Positions 27,372-41,500 of a stretch of DNA of 46,049 nucleotides are shown one piece after another (the first letter of the stretch is position 1; every line of letters begins with the position of its first letter). Position numbers and translations under genes: made by a program. Origin of the DNA: Thermoplasmatota archaeon (GTDB lineage: Archaea; Thermoplasmatota; E2; DHVEG-1; B18-G2); contig JAPDJO010000050.1 in NCBI GenBank assembly GCA_029259115.1, positions 1 to 46,049 on the forward strand. Direction: 5' to 3'. The notes under the pieces are model-generated. The model saw nothing but the letters and a program-made list of their open reading frames with translations, did no database searches and had not been told where the DNA came from.

Positions 27372-28435
27372 ACTTCTTGTAGCAGCAAGGGACCAAGACA
27401 CCTTATTTTTTCCATGTACTCCTTTGGATACAGAAATCTCTCTGCCGCTGCTATACTGCTAAGTATGGAGTTTCCATCTTGGGGAGTGAAACAGAATCCA
27501 ACCACTTCGTAATCTTTTCTCACGTGCAAGGTTGGTAGTACAACAACCGTTTGATTTAATATTCTCCCATAATGTCCATGATCTCTTCCAAAGGAAAATA
27601 TCAGATTTGCTGTATCTTTATAGGTAACAGCAACTCTCGGATTATCTCTAAATCTCTGCTCAACTTCCTCTAAGGTTATCTTTTTGTCCAGTTTCAGACT
27701 GAACCATATTGAATGCATATATTGGGTATTTACTTTCAAAGCACTAGAAAACACGTTAAGTTCATATCCCAATGTCTTAAAAAGATGGTAAACATCTCTA
27801 GCATGATGTGTTCCCATATCCTTATCCTTGTGTTTTCCGACTTGCGGTGACGGAACAAAGCTAGAGGTTTGACTTACATCGTTTGCTCTTCTAATACATA
27901 CAAAACGACCATCCACCAAATGATTCTTTTTCCCTTCAATGGCAAGAGTCTTTATGACCACAGCTATGTTATGAGTATTACAGCTAACTATATGAATGAA
28001 CTGATCCTTATCTGTTATTGCTTCATCATTTATCCCAAGGGCATACATCTTTCCAAATCCAAACTCAGAACCTTGGGCTAAGAACCCTTTGACAAGATGA
28101 GCGTATTTTTTGTAATATTTTTCCTTGTTAGCTAAACCCGTCCCTTTGGGTGTACAATCTATTACTACAGAAGCTCTCTTTATAGCTTCCTCTGCATCAT
28201 AGGTTGGTTCAACACCAAGCTCTCTGAATTCTTTCATCTTATCTTTAGATGCCGCAAGGACAGCTCCTCTGTTCAGCAGACCCTTTATTTTTGGTCTATC
28301 TGTTAATGCAGGAGTATGCTTGTAGAACGTTATCTCATCTATACCCAAATCCTTTCTAAAATCACAGAGCAATCCTATCAAAGGTTCTCCTATTGTTCCT
28401 GTACCAACGACATGAACAATGTTTCCATCGCTCAT
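27368..28435 (-). CDS. Divergent archaeal type II glyceraldehyde-3-phosphate dehydrogenase-like protein
   Basis: VVGTGTIG, VIDCTPKG, AQGSE, VSCNTH (catalytic Cys), IRRAND, HHARDV, MHS; start at ATG 28435 after a GGTG SD. Confidence 0.72.
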   Translation of the reverse strand: MSDGNIVHVVGTGTIGEPLIGLLCDFRKDLGIDEITFYKHTPALTDRPKIKGLLNRGAVLAASKDKMKEFRELGVEPTYDAEEAIKRASVVIDCTPKGTGLANKEKYYKKYAHLVKGFLAQGSEFGFGKMYALGINDEAITDKDQFIHIVSCNTHNIAVVIKTLAIEGKKNHLVDGRFVCIRRANDVSQTSSFVPSPQVGKHKDKDMGTHHARDVYHLFKTLGYELNVFSSALKVNTQYMHSIWFSLKLDKKITLEEVEQRFRDNPRVAVTYKDTANLIFSFGRDHGHYGRILNQTVVVLPTLHVRKDYEVVGFCFTPQDGNSILSSIAAAERFLYPKEYMEKIRCLGPLLLQEV

Positions 28436-28519
28436 ATAAACACCGATAAGGAGAATAATTATCCCTCTTTTAAGGCTTGCTACGTTACCTTTATCTTCCA
28501 TAAATGATATCTAAAGAAG

Positions 28520-29161
28520 ATGATTCTTCCTTTGATAGGAAGAGGCTTCGATTCTAATATTTACCTAGTAAAAGGGAAAAGGAATACTCTCATAGATTCT
28601 GGTACTGGCATGTATTTTGAAGACATTCTTGAAGTTCTGGAAAGAGAGATCGACATAGAAGATATCGATCAACTGATACTTACACATGAGCATATCGATC
28701 ATACTGGCGGAGCTGAATACTTCAAGAGAAGGGTAAAAGATTTGAAAATAGTAGCTCATGAAAAAACCGCGGAGATACTGGAGAAGGGCATTGAGCCAAC
28801 ATCCTATCTTTTCTCTTTACCTTCTCCAAAGGTGAAGATAGATCTAAAATTAAAAGAGGGTGACAGGATAAGGATAGGTGATGATATCTATAGAGTCCTT
28901 TATACGCCTGGACATTCTGAGGGAAGCATATGCCTGTATCAGGAAGATAAAGGCATTTTGTTTTCTGGAGATACTGTTTTCAGCTATGGGGGCATAGGAA
29001 GATATGATCTTCCCGGAGGAGACCTTTTCAAGTTAGAGAAATCCATAGAGAGGTTGTCGAATCTCAATGTTAAAGATCTTTATCCGGGCCACGGAGACTA
29101 CGTAGTCGGGGTTGGAGATAAGCACATAAAATTATCTCTCAGAAACGTTAAAGAGCTATGA
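28520..29161 (+). CDS. MBL-fold metallo-hydrolase (glyoxalase II-like)
   Basis: THEHIDHTGG, TPGHSEGS, LFSGDT, YPGHG. Confidence 0.9.
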   Translation: MILPLIGRGFDSNIYLVKGKRNTLIDSGTGMYFEDILEVLEREIDIEDIDQLILTHEHIDHTGGAEYFKRRVKDLKIVAHEKTAEILEKGIEPTSYLFSLPSPKVKIDLKLKEGDRIRIGDDIYRVLYTPGHSEGSICLYQEDKGILFSGDTVFSYGGIGRYDLPGGDLFKLEKSIERLSNLNVKDLYPGHGDYVVGVGDKHIKLSLRNVKEL

Positions 29162-29409
29162 GTGTGAGGGATATTCTCAATAGGTTGAAATGGAAAGGAG
29201 ATGTAAATTTTGATGAGGTCGAGATATGGTATATAGATAGAGGTGCACCTAACGATAGCAGCGTGATATGTGGAAGAGAAATAGAAAGAATCGGCAGATC
29301 TTTCATCTACACTAAAGGGAAAACTATACCATTTCATAGAGTAATACGAGTAGTATATCAAAACAATATCATATTTGATAGATTCGAGAAAAAATCAAAA
29401 CCTGATTAA
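29158..29409 (+). CDS. DUF504/UPF0248 (MJ1316-like) protein
   Basis: RDILNRLKW, YIDRGAP, IPFHRV. Confidence 0.85.
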   Translation: MSVRDILNRLKWKGDVNFDEVEIWYIDRGAPNDSSVICGREIERIGRSFIYTKGKTIPFHRVIRVVYQNNIIFDRFEKKSKPD

Positions 29410-29424
29410 TATTCCTATGCTGTA

Positions 29425-30408
29425 TCACCACGATTTTTCATCCAAAATATCAAATATCTTTTTCTTAAGTTTATCTATACCATACCCTGTTTTGCATGAT
29501 ATCTTTAGGTATGGTGATTTTCTTTTCAACATATCTGCTTTGTTTTCAACAACTATTATCGGAATAGAAGAAAATTCCTCCCTTATACTTTTAAGTAGAT
29601 TCATTTGATCCTCTAGCTTGTAACCACATGTTTCTGTTGGATCTATGATAAAGATGATCAGATTTGCCAGATGTTTCAAAGCTGCGATTGCCTGAAGTTC
29701 TATCTCATTTCTCTTCTCGAGAGGTCTATCCAAAAGTCCTGGAGTATCTATTATCTGGTATCTTTCTTTCTCGTAACCCTTTTCCCTATCAATATGCCCA
29801 ACATGTATTTCTTTTGTTGTGAAAGGATAACTTGCTATCTCTGGTTTAGCTCTGGACAGTATTCTCAGGAGGGAGGACTTTCCAACATTTGGATAACCAG
29901 CTATAACTATAGTTGTGACGTTATCTATGAATGGTAAACTTTCCAAGAAGGCGCAAGCCTCCTTGACATTCTTCAAATGAGGATTTATCTGGTTTATTAC
30001 AGAGGATACCCTGCCATAAACTCTCTTTCTTATCGATGTGATCTCTTTTGAGTTATCTGCAAATTTTAGATTTCTCAAAGCTTCTCTTCTTATCTTTTTA
30101 CACAGATTTTCAGCCCAGGATATAGAACCCAAAGATTTTTTCAACTTGGATATGCCTATTTTTATCTCTATCATTTCTCTATGAAAATTAGACAATCTAT
30201 CTATTGAAGGAAAGTTTTTCACATATTTGTCCAGCTCATATATTATTGTATCAGTAAATGCCTGTATTTTATCTTGAGTTGCTCTTTTCGCTCTTTTGAG
30301 TCTATCTCTTTCTATAATTTTCTTCTTTGAGGTTTCTTTTGCCCTTTTGAAGGCTTTATCAAGTATCTCTTGAGAAGATTTTATGCTTGGTAGTCTCTTA
30401 TCTGGCAT
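29425..30408 (-). CDS. NOG1-family (Obg-related) GTPase
   Basis: IAGYPNVGKSS, ASYPFTTK, IDTPGLLDRP...RN.IE.QAI.AL, DPTETCGY, NKAD. Confidence 0.93.
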   Translation of the reverse strand: MPDKRLPSIKSSQEILDKAFKRAKETSKKKIIERDRLKRAKRATQDKIQAFTDTIIYELDKYVKNFPSIDRLSNFHREMIEIKIGISKLKKSLGSISWAENLCKKIRREALRNLKFADNSKEITSIRKRVYGRVSSVINQINPHLKNVKEACAFLESLPFIDNVTTIVIAGYPNVGKSSLLRILSRAKPEIASYPFTTKEIHVGHIDREKGYEKERYQIIDTPGLLDRPLEKRNEIELQAIAALKHLANLIIFIIDPTETCGYKLEDQMNLLKSIREEFSSIPIIVVENKADMLKRKSPYLKISCKTGYGIDKLKKKIFDILDEKSW

Positions 30409-30448
30409 AGCTAAAACTTTATCTTTTAGTTATAGATTAAGATTTGGT

Positions 30449-30679
30449 ATGGAAGAGGGCTTCATTCTCTCAAACAAATTCAGAAAAATGATATTTGATG
30501 ATATCGTCAGTGGAGAAAATGATATAAACTCAATATCAAGAAAAAATCACATTCCTCAGAAGGTGGCAAGAGAGCTGGCAGACGAGCTAGTAGATCTTGG
30601 TGTACTGGAGAAAAGAGAAGGATATTATTATCTAACAAAAGAAGGTGAAAAGTTAGCCGAAAAGTTGAGAAACAGATGA
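30449..30679 (+). CDS. Small winged-helix protein
   Basis: 76 aa from ATG 30449; ELVDLGVLEKREGYYYLTKEG wHTH wing; ATGA-coupled to ribK. Confidence 0.65.
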   Translation: MEEGFILSNKFRKMIFDDIVSGENDINSISRKNHIPQKVARELADELVDLGVLEKREGYYYLTKEGEKLAEKLRNR

Positions 30680-31342
30680 TGGAAGAAAGATATATCAGGA
30701 TATTGAAGGAAATCGCTCTCCTTGGGGCTATCGACAGAGAAATACCGTTATCATCTTATCAGTTATCCAAAATTATTAGTTGCAGTCAGCAATCTGCTTC
30801 CAGATATTTGATAGACATGGAGAAAAAAGGGTATATCGAGAGGAAGATAGGTATAAAGAAACAAAGAATAAGAATAACAGAAAAGGGGAGAGGGCTTTTA
30901 GAGAAGGAGTATCTGGATTACAAGAGGATATTCAGCAAAGAGAGGAGGATTTCGTTAAAAGGTAAGGTTATATCTGGACTCGGAGAAGGGAAATATTACA
31001 CCAATATAGAAGGCTATGTTAAACAATTCCTAAAAAAACTTGGCTTTAAACCTGTTCCTGGAACCTTGAATGTGAGGATATCGAAAGAGTATACTGATAG
31101 ACTAAAAGAGCTATCAGAGCTTGAAGGTATAGAGATAAGAGGTTTCTCCACCAAAGATAGATCCTTCGGTGGAGCAAAATGTTTCCGTGCAAAGATAGAT
31201 AACGAAGATGCGGTAGCTATTTTACCAAGCAGATCACACTATTCAGATATCTTGGAGTTTATAGCTCCTTACAAACTTAGAGAGAGGTTAAATTTAAGAG
31301 ATGGAGACTCTGTGAATATCGTTATAGATCTGGGTGGTGAAG

Positions 31343-31365
<23 letters not shown>
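30676..31365 (+). CDS. ribK: CTP-dependent riboflavin kinase with N-terminal HTH (RbkR-type)
   Basis: N-terminal SQQSASRYL HTH; GKVISGLGEGKYY, FKPVPGTLNV, LEFIAPYKLRERLNLRDGD. Confidence 0.93.
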
Positions 31366-35073
<3,708 letters not shown>

Positions 35074-35075
35074 GA

Positions 35076-36107
35076 ATGCAAGCCGTTATCCTTGCTGGAG
35101 GTTTTGGAACAAGATTGAGGCCATTAACATATACGAGATCAAAGGTTCTTCTTCCTATACTGAACAAACCCATGATAGCATATATAATCGAAAGTTTACC
35201 TGAGAATGTAGAAAGAGTCATAATAGCGGCGAACTACAAGAAGGAGCAACTGGAGGAATTCTTTGATAGAAATGATTTTGGTAAGGAGATCATAATAAAC
35301 GAAGAACCAAAACCTCTTGGTACTGGAGGAGCAGTGAAGTTTGCGGAGAAATACATAGAAGATAGATTTCTGGTGCTGAACAGCGATATTATCTCTTCTC
35401 TTGACATGAAAGATATGATAAGATTTCATGTGAACAGAGAGGCATTCGTTACAATATCTCTTTGGCCCGTGGAAAACGTATCCGAATTTGGTGTGGTCAG
35501 GATAGAGGATGATGGTAGGATAACCCAATTCGTTGAAAAGCCAAAACCAGAAGATGCGCCCTCCAACCTCATTAATGCTGGTGCCTACTGCATGGAAAAA
35601 GAGGCTTTAGATTACATAGAGAGCGCTGACAGATTGATATCTATGGAGCAAGAGGTCTTTCCGAGAATCATAGAAGATGGAAAGAGGTTCTACGGATACA
35701 AGATAGAGGGATTCTGGATAGATGTTGGTAGGATAAATAGCTATATCGAAGTGAATAAAATCCTGCTAAGAAGGCAGGGTAAGAGATTTCTCATAGGGAG
35801 TAACTGTGAAATAAGAGGAGACCTAGAGAATTCAAGCGTAGGGAACAATGTTGAGATAGGGGAAGAATCTAAGGTAAGCTCATCTGTCATTCTAGACAAT
35901 GCGAAGATAGGCAAGGATGTCCAGATAGAAAATTCTGTTATTGGTGAGGGTTGCGTTATAGGAGATAGGGCTAAAATAATAAACAGTGTAATTGGAGATG
36001 AGGAAGAGATAGAGGAAGACAAGATAGTAAAAGATGAAAGAATCTGGACAAAGCCCATACCGAAGGGATACCCTGATAAGCAGATAGGAAATGTAATCAA
36101 AGTATGA
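35076..36107 (+). CDS. NDP-sugar synthase (mannose-1-phosphate guanylyltransferase-like) with left-handed beta-helix
   Basis: AVILAGGFGTRLRPLT, EPKPLGTGGA, FVEKP, INAGAY, WIDVG, hexapeptide repeats. Confidence 0.9.
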   Translation: MQAVILAGGFGTRLRPLTYTRSKVLLPILNKPMIAYIIESLPENVERVIIAANYKKEQLEEFFDRNDFGKEIIINEEPKPLGTGGAVKFAEKYIEDRFLVLNSDIISSLDMKDMIRFHVNREAFVTISLWPVENVSEFGVVRIEDDGRITQFVEKPKPEDAPSNLINAGAYCMEKEALDYIESADRLISMEQEVFPRIIEDGKRFYGYKIEGFWIDVGRINSYIEVNKILLRRQGKRFLIGSNCEIRGDLENSSVGNNVEIGEESKVSSSVILDNAKIGKDVQIENSVIGEGCVIGDRAKIINSVIGDEEEIEEDKIVKDERIWTKPIPKGYPDKQIGNVIKV

Positions 36108-36775
36108 AGATATACGTAGATTACAGGGAAAAGGAACTGATAGATCTGCTGAGAGAGAAACTCGGAAAGATTGAAGAGACTAACCTGAGAGTTGGAGACA
36201 TTATTTTGACTTTTGATAACCATGCTGTGATTTTGGAGAGGAAAAGCGCCTACGATTTCATCGAATCCGTTAGGTCAAACAGACTGTGGGAACAACTTAT
36301 CAAGATAGTGAAAACGGAAGAGATTTTTGATAAAACTGTCAAAAGGAAGATCTTACTCCTTCATGGTAGTATTAAAGAGTTAACATTCCACGAGTTTGAT
36401 GAGAAGTTATGGGCAAGCTTATCAGGAGCTTTTATGGAAATTGTTTATGTTTATGGGATACCTATCTTCTTCGTAGAAGATGTTCAAGCTGTAATCACTT
36501 TTATCAGGATACTCATAGACAGAGAAATCAGAAAGGCAAACGAGTCTCTGCCAAAAGAGAGATGGTTTAGAAGAAGACTAAGCGAGATTCCGGAAAAAGA
36601 TGAAAAGATATATTTCCTATCCTCGATACCAGGAATAGGGAACGAGCTTGCAAGAAATCTGCTCAGACACTTTGGTAGTATAGATAAAATAGCTAATGCT
36701 AGCATAGATCAGCTCATGATGGTAGATGGAATCGGAAGTAAGAAGGCTGAACAGATATACAACATTTTTCATTAG
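36104..36775 (+). CDS. Short XPF/ERCC4 structure-specific nuclease with (HhH)2
   Basis: YVDYRE, VGD, ERKS..DF..S, RLWEQ; IPGIG and VDGIG HhH motifs; no helicase domain. Confidence 0.88.
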   Translation: MKIYVDYREKELIDLLREKLGKIEETNLRVGDIILTFDNHAVILERKSAYDFIESVRSNRLWEQLIKIVKTEEIFDKTVKRKILLLHGSIKELTFHEFDEKLWASLSGAFMEIVYVYGIPIFFVEDVQAVITFIRILIDREIRKANESLPKERWFRRRLSEIPEKDEKIYFLSSIPGIGNELARNLLRHFGSIDKIANASIDQLMMVDGIGSKKAEQIYNIFH

Positions 36776-36818
36776 AAACTCGATAAATAGAAATACTTTT
36801 GATTTATTAGCCAAAAAC

Positions 36819-38198
36819 ATGACAAGGTTATTTGGTACAAACGGAGTGAGGGGCGTCGTCAATGAAGATATGACTTCTGAGCTTGCTTTAAAACTTGGTA
36901 AAGCTATAGGCAGTTACTACTCCAAATCTAAAGATAGACCTAAAATAGCAATAGGTACGGATGCAAGAATATCCAACAGCATGTTAAAATCTGCATGCAT
37001 ATCTGGATTGTTATCTGTGGGTTGTGATGTCGTTGATCTTGGTATATTGCCAACCCCAACCTTACAATATGCAGTAAAAGAGAAGGACTACGATGCTGGG
37101 GTCATAATTACAGCTTCTCATAATCCTCCACAGTTCAATGGGATAAAGGTCATAGATTTAGATGGCACAGAACTTGCAAAGGAGCAGGAGGAAGAGATAG
37201 AGAAAATATACTTTTCTGAAAGCTACAGAAAAGTTGCTTGGGATAAAGTTGGAAGTTTATCGAGATGGGATGGAGCTATAGATCTCTACATAGATGCCAT
37301 TTTATCAAAAGTTGATGTTGATTCTATAAAAAGAGCAAACCTCCATGTTGTTCTAGATTGCGGCAACGGCGCAGGTGCTGTTGTTGCGCCAGAACTTTTA
37401 AGAAGATTAGGTTGTAAATTAACAATGATTAATTGTGAACTTGATGGCTTATTTAGAGGAAGACCTTCTGAGCCAATACCAGAAAATCTAGAAGAATTGA
37501 TGAAGAAAGTGAAAGAGGTTGGTGCAGATCTTGGAGTAGCCCAGGATGGAGATGCAGATAGAGCTATATTCGTGGATGAGAAAGGTAATTATGTGTTTGG
37601 AGATCAAAGTTTTACCCTTCTTGCCAAATATATAGTTAGGGAGAAGAAAGGTATCGTGGTAACCCCAGTATCTACATCGAGCGCTCTAGAAGAAGTTGTC
37701 AAGTCAGAGGGAGGAGATGTTATCTATACAAGAGTTGGTTCCCCAATAGTTGCGAGGGTAATGAAAAAGGTTAATGCTGTTTTTGGTGGAGAGGAGAATG
37801 GTGGATTGATATTTCCAGAACATCAATATTGTAGGGACTCCGCGATGACCATAGCAAAGATGTTGGAATTATTAGCTAAGGAAAAGAGACCTTTATCAGA
37901 GATGATCAGCGAACTTCCAAGATATGAGCTCATCAAAATAAAGTTGCATTGCCCCAATGATAAAAAGGATAAGGTTTTATCTATGATAAAGGAAAGGGTC
38001 AAGAAAGAATCCGAGGTTAAGAAGGTAGACGAAACGGATGGTATAAAGATTTACACCGAAGAGGGATGGGTCCTTGTCAGACCATCAGGAACAGAGCCAA
38101 TATTCAGGATATTTGCAGAGTCAAGAGATAGAGATAAAGCGGAGAGACTTGTAGAGAAATACAAAGAATTACTTGAAGAGATGGTAAGGGTAGCGTAA
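36819..38198 (+). CDS. glmM: Phosphoglucosamine mutase / phosphomannomutase
   Basis: LFGTNGVRG, ITASHNP (phosphoserine), DGDADR, GEENGG, RPSGTEP; start at ATG 36819. Substrate specificity is uncertain. Confidence 0.88.
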   Translation: MTRLFGTNGVRGVVNEDMTSELALKLGKAIGSYYSKSKDRPKIAIGTDARISNSMLKSACISGLLSVGCDVVDLGILPTPTLQYAVKEKDYDAGVIITASHNPPQFNGIKVIDLDGTELAKEQEEEIEKIYFSESYRKVAWDKVGSLSRWDGAIDLYIDAILSKVDVDSIKRANLHVVLDCGNGAGAVVAPELLRRLGCKLTMINCELDGLFRGRPSEPIPENLEELMKKVKEVGADLGVAQDGDADRAIFVDEKGNYVFGDQSFTLLAKYIVREKKGIVVTPVSTSSALEEVVKSEGGDVIYTRVGSPIVARVMKKVNAVFGGEENGGLIFPEHQYCRDSAMTIAKMLELLAKEKRPLSEMISELPRYELIKIKLHCPNDKKDKVLSMIKERVKKESEVKKVDETDGIKIYTEEGWVLVRPSGTEPIFRIFAESRDRDKAERLVEKYKELLEEMVRVA

Positions 38199-38202
38199 TA
38201 TT

Positions 38203-39576
38203 CTAGTACCTTCTCTTTGAGATGCTGAGTACCAGTATAATAGCTGCGACAAGAGAAATCAAGACCATAGCTATCTCGAATCCGGGTGTTTCCTTTATTT
38301 CCTCACCTGTCTCTGGTGCAGCAGGAGATTGAGATGCATATATTTCTATGGTGTGTGTCGAAAAACTTGGTATTGCTACCAACACCTGTATACCATTAGC
38401 ACCAGACAGTACAAGATACTCTGCTGTTTCGTTCTCTTCGATATTCAAGATGTCATCGTAATCTTTTGCCATCGGAATTGTAAGGTTATCAAGTGTAACC
38501 ACTATATCTTTACTTAGATTGAGAACATCCTCATGTACATCTATCACTACGACTTTACCTTCGCCACTTGAATTTAGGATTACTCTTATTTTGTTTTTGA
38601 AAGTATTGCAACTTATGTTGGCATCAGAGAAAATCATGTTATCAGTTTCGTTGTTTGGCTGAACCATCAATCTTGCACATACTTTCCCGTTCTTTATAGC
38701 CTCGGCTAATTTCTCTTCATATTCCTCTTGATGATTCACGTTTATAGATACATCAGGCAGCGGCGAAGCCATAAACAGTAACATTCCCTCATTATCTACA
38801 GATATCGATACTGTGTCGTTTGATATCTCGGTAAAGTTTCCATTTCCTGCTAGAATTATCTTACCCTCTATTTCTCCATATATTTTGATTATATTTGAGC
38901 TGTTTTTGTAAGAGCTAGCAAAGATGTTATCTGCTAGATTTAGATCTATGGTTATGGAAGATACAGCTTTTATCTTCAGAAGAGCTATAGGATTGTCGTG
39001 TATCTCTACGGTTGTATCACTATCTTTTACTTTCCACACAGATCCATGTGTCTCGGGTTCTCCTGGAGCGAAGCCAGAGATATGGACAAAATCAAAAACT
39101 GTTACATTTTCGTCTCTAATTAAGGTGTAGTCCACTATATCTCCTTCATCAAATAGGAACTTTATGAAATTACCAACACAGTATCCGTTTTCGTAGTTCA
39201 ATCTTCCTATAAAGCTATGGTTTTGTTTCATCTTTTGAAAGTTTTTGGTTGCATTCTTCCAAGCCTTCTTGAAGCTCTCACTGGTCTCATTAAATCTCTC
39301 CTGCCATTTACGTTGCCACTCGTTCCATTCTTGTTCTAATTCGCTTTCATTCATTCCAAACCTACTAGCAAATCTCTCCCACCATCTGTTCTTGAACTTT
39401 GTCAGGTTTTCAAAAGGTATCGTCCATGATATGTTTGTTTGTTCTTCAGGGATAATTTCCTCTAGATCCTTTCCAAATTTATCCCCAAACGGCACAGCGG
39501 TTGAAGCAATGCTCATATACGATGATACCACTAGCATCAGAACACAAATCAATATACTGCCTCTCCTCTTCATCAT
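38203..39576 (-). CDS. Surface protein with PGF-CTERM archaeosortase signal
   Basis: Signal peptide; C-terminal ETPGFE, TM helix and KRRY; many N-x-S/T sequons. Confidence 0.82.
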   Translation of the reverse strand: MMKRRGSILICVLMLVVSSYMSIASTAVPFGDKFGKDLEEIIPEEQTNISWTIPFENLTKFKNRWWERFASRFGMNESELEQEWNEWQRKWQERFNETSESFKKAWKNATKNFQKMKQNHSFIGRLNYENGYCVGNFIKFLFDEGDIVDYTLIRDENVTVFDFVHISGFAPGEPETHGSVWKVKDSDTTVEIHDNPIALLKIKAVSSITIDLNLADNIFASSYKNSSNIIKIYGEIEGKIILAGNGNFTEISNDTVSISVDNEGMLLFMASPLPDVSINVNHQEEYEEKLAEAIKNGKVCARLMVQPNNETDNMIFSDANISCNTFKNKIRVILNSSGEGKVVVIDVHEDVLNLSKDIVVTLDNLTIPMAKDYDDILNIEENETAEYLVLSGANGIQVLVAIPSFSTHTIEIYASQSPAAPETGEEIKETPGFEIAMVLISLVAAIILVLSISKRRY

Positions 39577-39627
39577 TCCATAACATAACAAGAGGCTTTT
39601 AAAACCTTTTCCCTATGTTTTTCTTAG

Positions 39628-40647
39628 ATGCTTTGCATCTTAGGAAGAATATTAACATACGAATCCTTCGAAGAGGGTTATATCATACTAGAAAATAATA
39701 CGGTAAAAGAGGTTGGCAAGATACCGCCTATAAAGCCAAGGATAAAAGGATACATCATTCCTAAACCGGTAAATGCTCATACCCACATAGGGGATACGTT
39801 CGTAAGAAAAAAGATAAAGGATCTTCCGAGAGACATCGAAAAGCTTGTTGCTCCGCCTAAAGGGTTAAAACATAGGATGCTAGAGAGAGTTAGTGATAAA
39901 GAAATCTTACAAGGAATGGAAGAATCTATAGGTGAGATGGTAAGTTTAGGCACATATGCATTCTGTGATTTCCGCGAATCTGGTATAAAAGGGGTCAATC
40001 TTTTAAAAAAAGCCATGGAAGACTATTCTATTAGGTCTGTCATTCTGTCAAGACCTAAAGGAATGAGTTTTGATAGAGATGAGATTGAGAAACTTCTCAG
40101 GATTTCTGATGGTATAGGGGTAAGCAGCATAAGTGATTGGAATTATGAGTACCTAGAAAACATATCCAAGATCGTTAAAGGAAAAGGGAAGATATTTTCT
40201 CTGCATGCAAGTGAGAGAGTGAGAGAGGATATAGACAAGATATTGGACTTGAAACCAGATTTTTTGATACACATGAACAAAGCAAGTAAGAATGATCTAG
40301 AGAGAGTAGCTGAAGAAGAAATACCTGTTGTGGTGTGTCCAAGGTCCAATATCTTTTTTGGATTGAAACCGAAAATCGAGCTAATGAAAAGAGTTGGCAT
40401 AAAGTTATCCTTAGGAACAGATAATGCCATGATATCCAGTCCTGATATTTTCGAAGAGGCTAGATGGGTTATGAAAAACTGCGAGGAGATATCTCTAGAA
40501 GATATTCTTAGAATGATAACATACAATCCCAGAGAAATGCTAAATTTACCACTACCTAACTTTGAAGAGGAGAAAAAAGCAGAATTTGTAGTATTGGATA
40601 CAAAATCTTTAAAACCGATATTTATTTCAGGAAGCGAGGTTAGTTAA
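39628..40647 (+). CDS. Amidohydrolase-family (deaminase-like) protein
   Basis: VNAHTHIGD, LHASE, IHM, VCPRSN, LGTDN. Confidence 0.87.
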   Translation: MLCILGRILTYESFEEGYIILENNTVKEVGKIPPIKPRIKGYIIPKPVNAHTHIGDTFVRKKIKDLPRDIEKLVAPPKGLKHRMLERVSDKEILQGMEESIGEMVSLGTYAFCDFRESGIKGVNLLKKAMEDYSIRSVILSRPKGMSFDRDEIEKLLRISDGIGVSSISDWNYEYLENISKIVKGKGKIFSLHASERVREDIDKILDLKPDFLIHMNKASKNDLERVAEEEIPVVVCPRSNIFFGLKPKIELMKRVGIKLSLGTDNAMISSPDIFEEARWVMKNCEEISLEDILRMITYNPREMLNLPLPNFEEEKKAEFVVLDTKSLKPIFISGSEVS

Positions 40648-40648
40648 T

Positions 40649-41494
40649 ATGAAGGTAAAGGATCTGATGTCAAAAGAGCTTATAGTTGCATATGTTCCAA
40701 GTACAGTAAGGGAGGCTCTGAAGATCTTGGCAAAGCACGATGTATCTGGAATGCCTGTACTTAAAAAGGGAACACGCCAGCTGGCCGGCGTTGTCACAAG
40801 GAGCGATATCTTCAGAAATCCCGACGAGGAACAGTTAGCTATGGTGATGAATCCAAATCCTTATACTATAGGAGAGGATGATGATATAGAAGATGCTGCT
40901 AAGCTCTTTTATGAGAATAGGATTCATGGCTTGCCTGTATTGGATAAAAAAAGAAATCTTGTAGGCATTATAAGTCCAACTGATTTGCTAAAGATGATAG
41001 AGGAAAAGGATAACAGGTATGTTGAGAATTATTATACGACATCATGTGTCCCTGTCTATCAAGAAACTCCTCTACCTGCCCTTATGGAGATAATAACTAT
41101 AACAAATGAAAGTGCCCTTCCGGTATTAGATGAAGAGGGTAAGTTGGTTGGGATCGTCACTGATGGGGATCTCTTTAAGCTGAGTCACATTAAGGATAGC
41201 ATATCTAAATCTGAATTTGGCTTGGGCGATGATGAGGATGCATGGACATGGGAAGGAATAAGAGATGTTTTGAGGCTATACTACTCAACATCAAAGATAG
41301 ATCTTCCGCCTGTTCCTGTTAAGGAGGTAATGGTTAGAGAGGTTGAAAAAGCATCCAGGAAAACGCCTATATCTGAGGTTGCTAAGGTTATGCTTAAGAA
41401 GAGAATAAGTCAACTTCCGGTTATAGGATCGGATGACAGATTGATAGGAATGATAACAGATATAGATCTGATGAAAGCCATCTATGAAGATTGA
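40649..41494 (+). CDS. Four-CBS-domain protein (MJ1225-like)
   Basis: Four CBS units (SGMPV, HGLPV, SALPV, SQLPV, each with GxxT/SxxD); DEDAWTWEG insert. Confidence 0.88.
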   Translation: MKVKDLMSKELIVAYVPSTVREALKILAKHDVSGMPVLKKGTRQLAGVVTRSDIFRNPDEEQLAMVMNPNPYTIGEDDDIEDAAKLFYENRIHGLPVLDKKRNLVGIISPTDLLKMIEEKDNRYVENYYTTSCVPVYQETPLPALMEIITITNESALPVLDEEGKLVGIVTDGDLFKLSHIKDSISKSEFGLGDDEDAWTWEGIRDVLRLYYSTSKIDLPPVPVKEVMVREVEKASRKTPISEVAKVMLKKRISQLPVIGSDDRLIGMITDIDLMKAIYED

Positions 41495-41500
41495 GATAAT

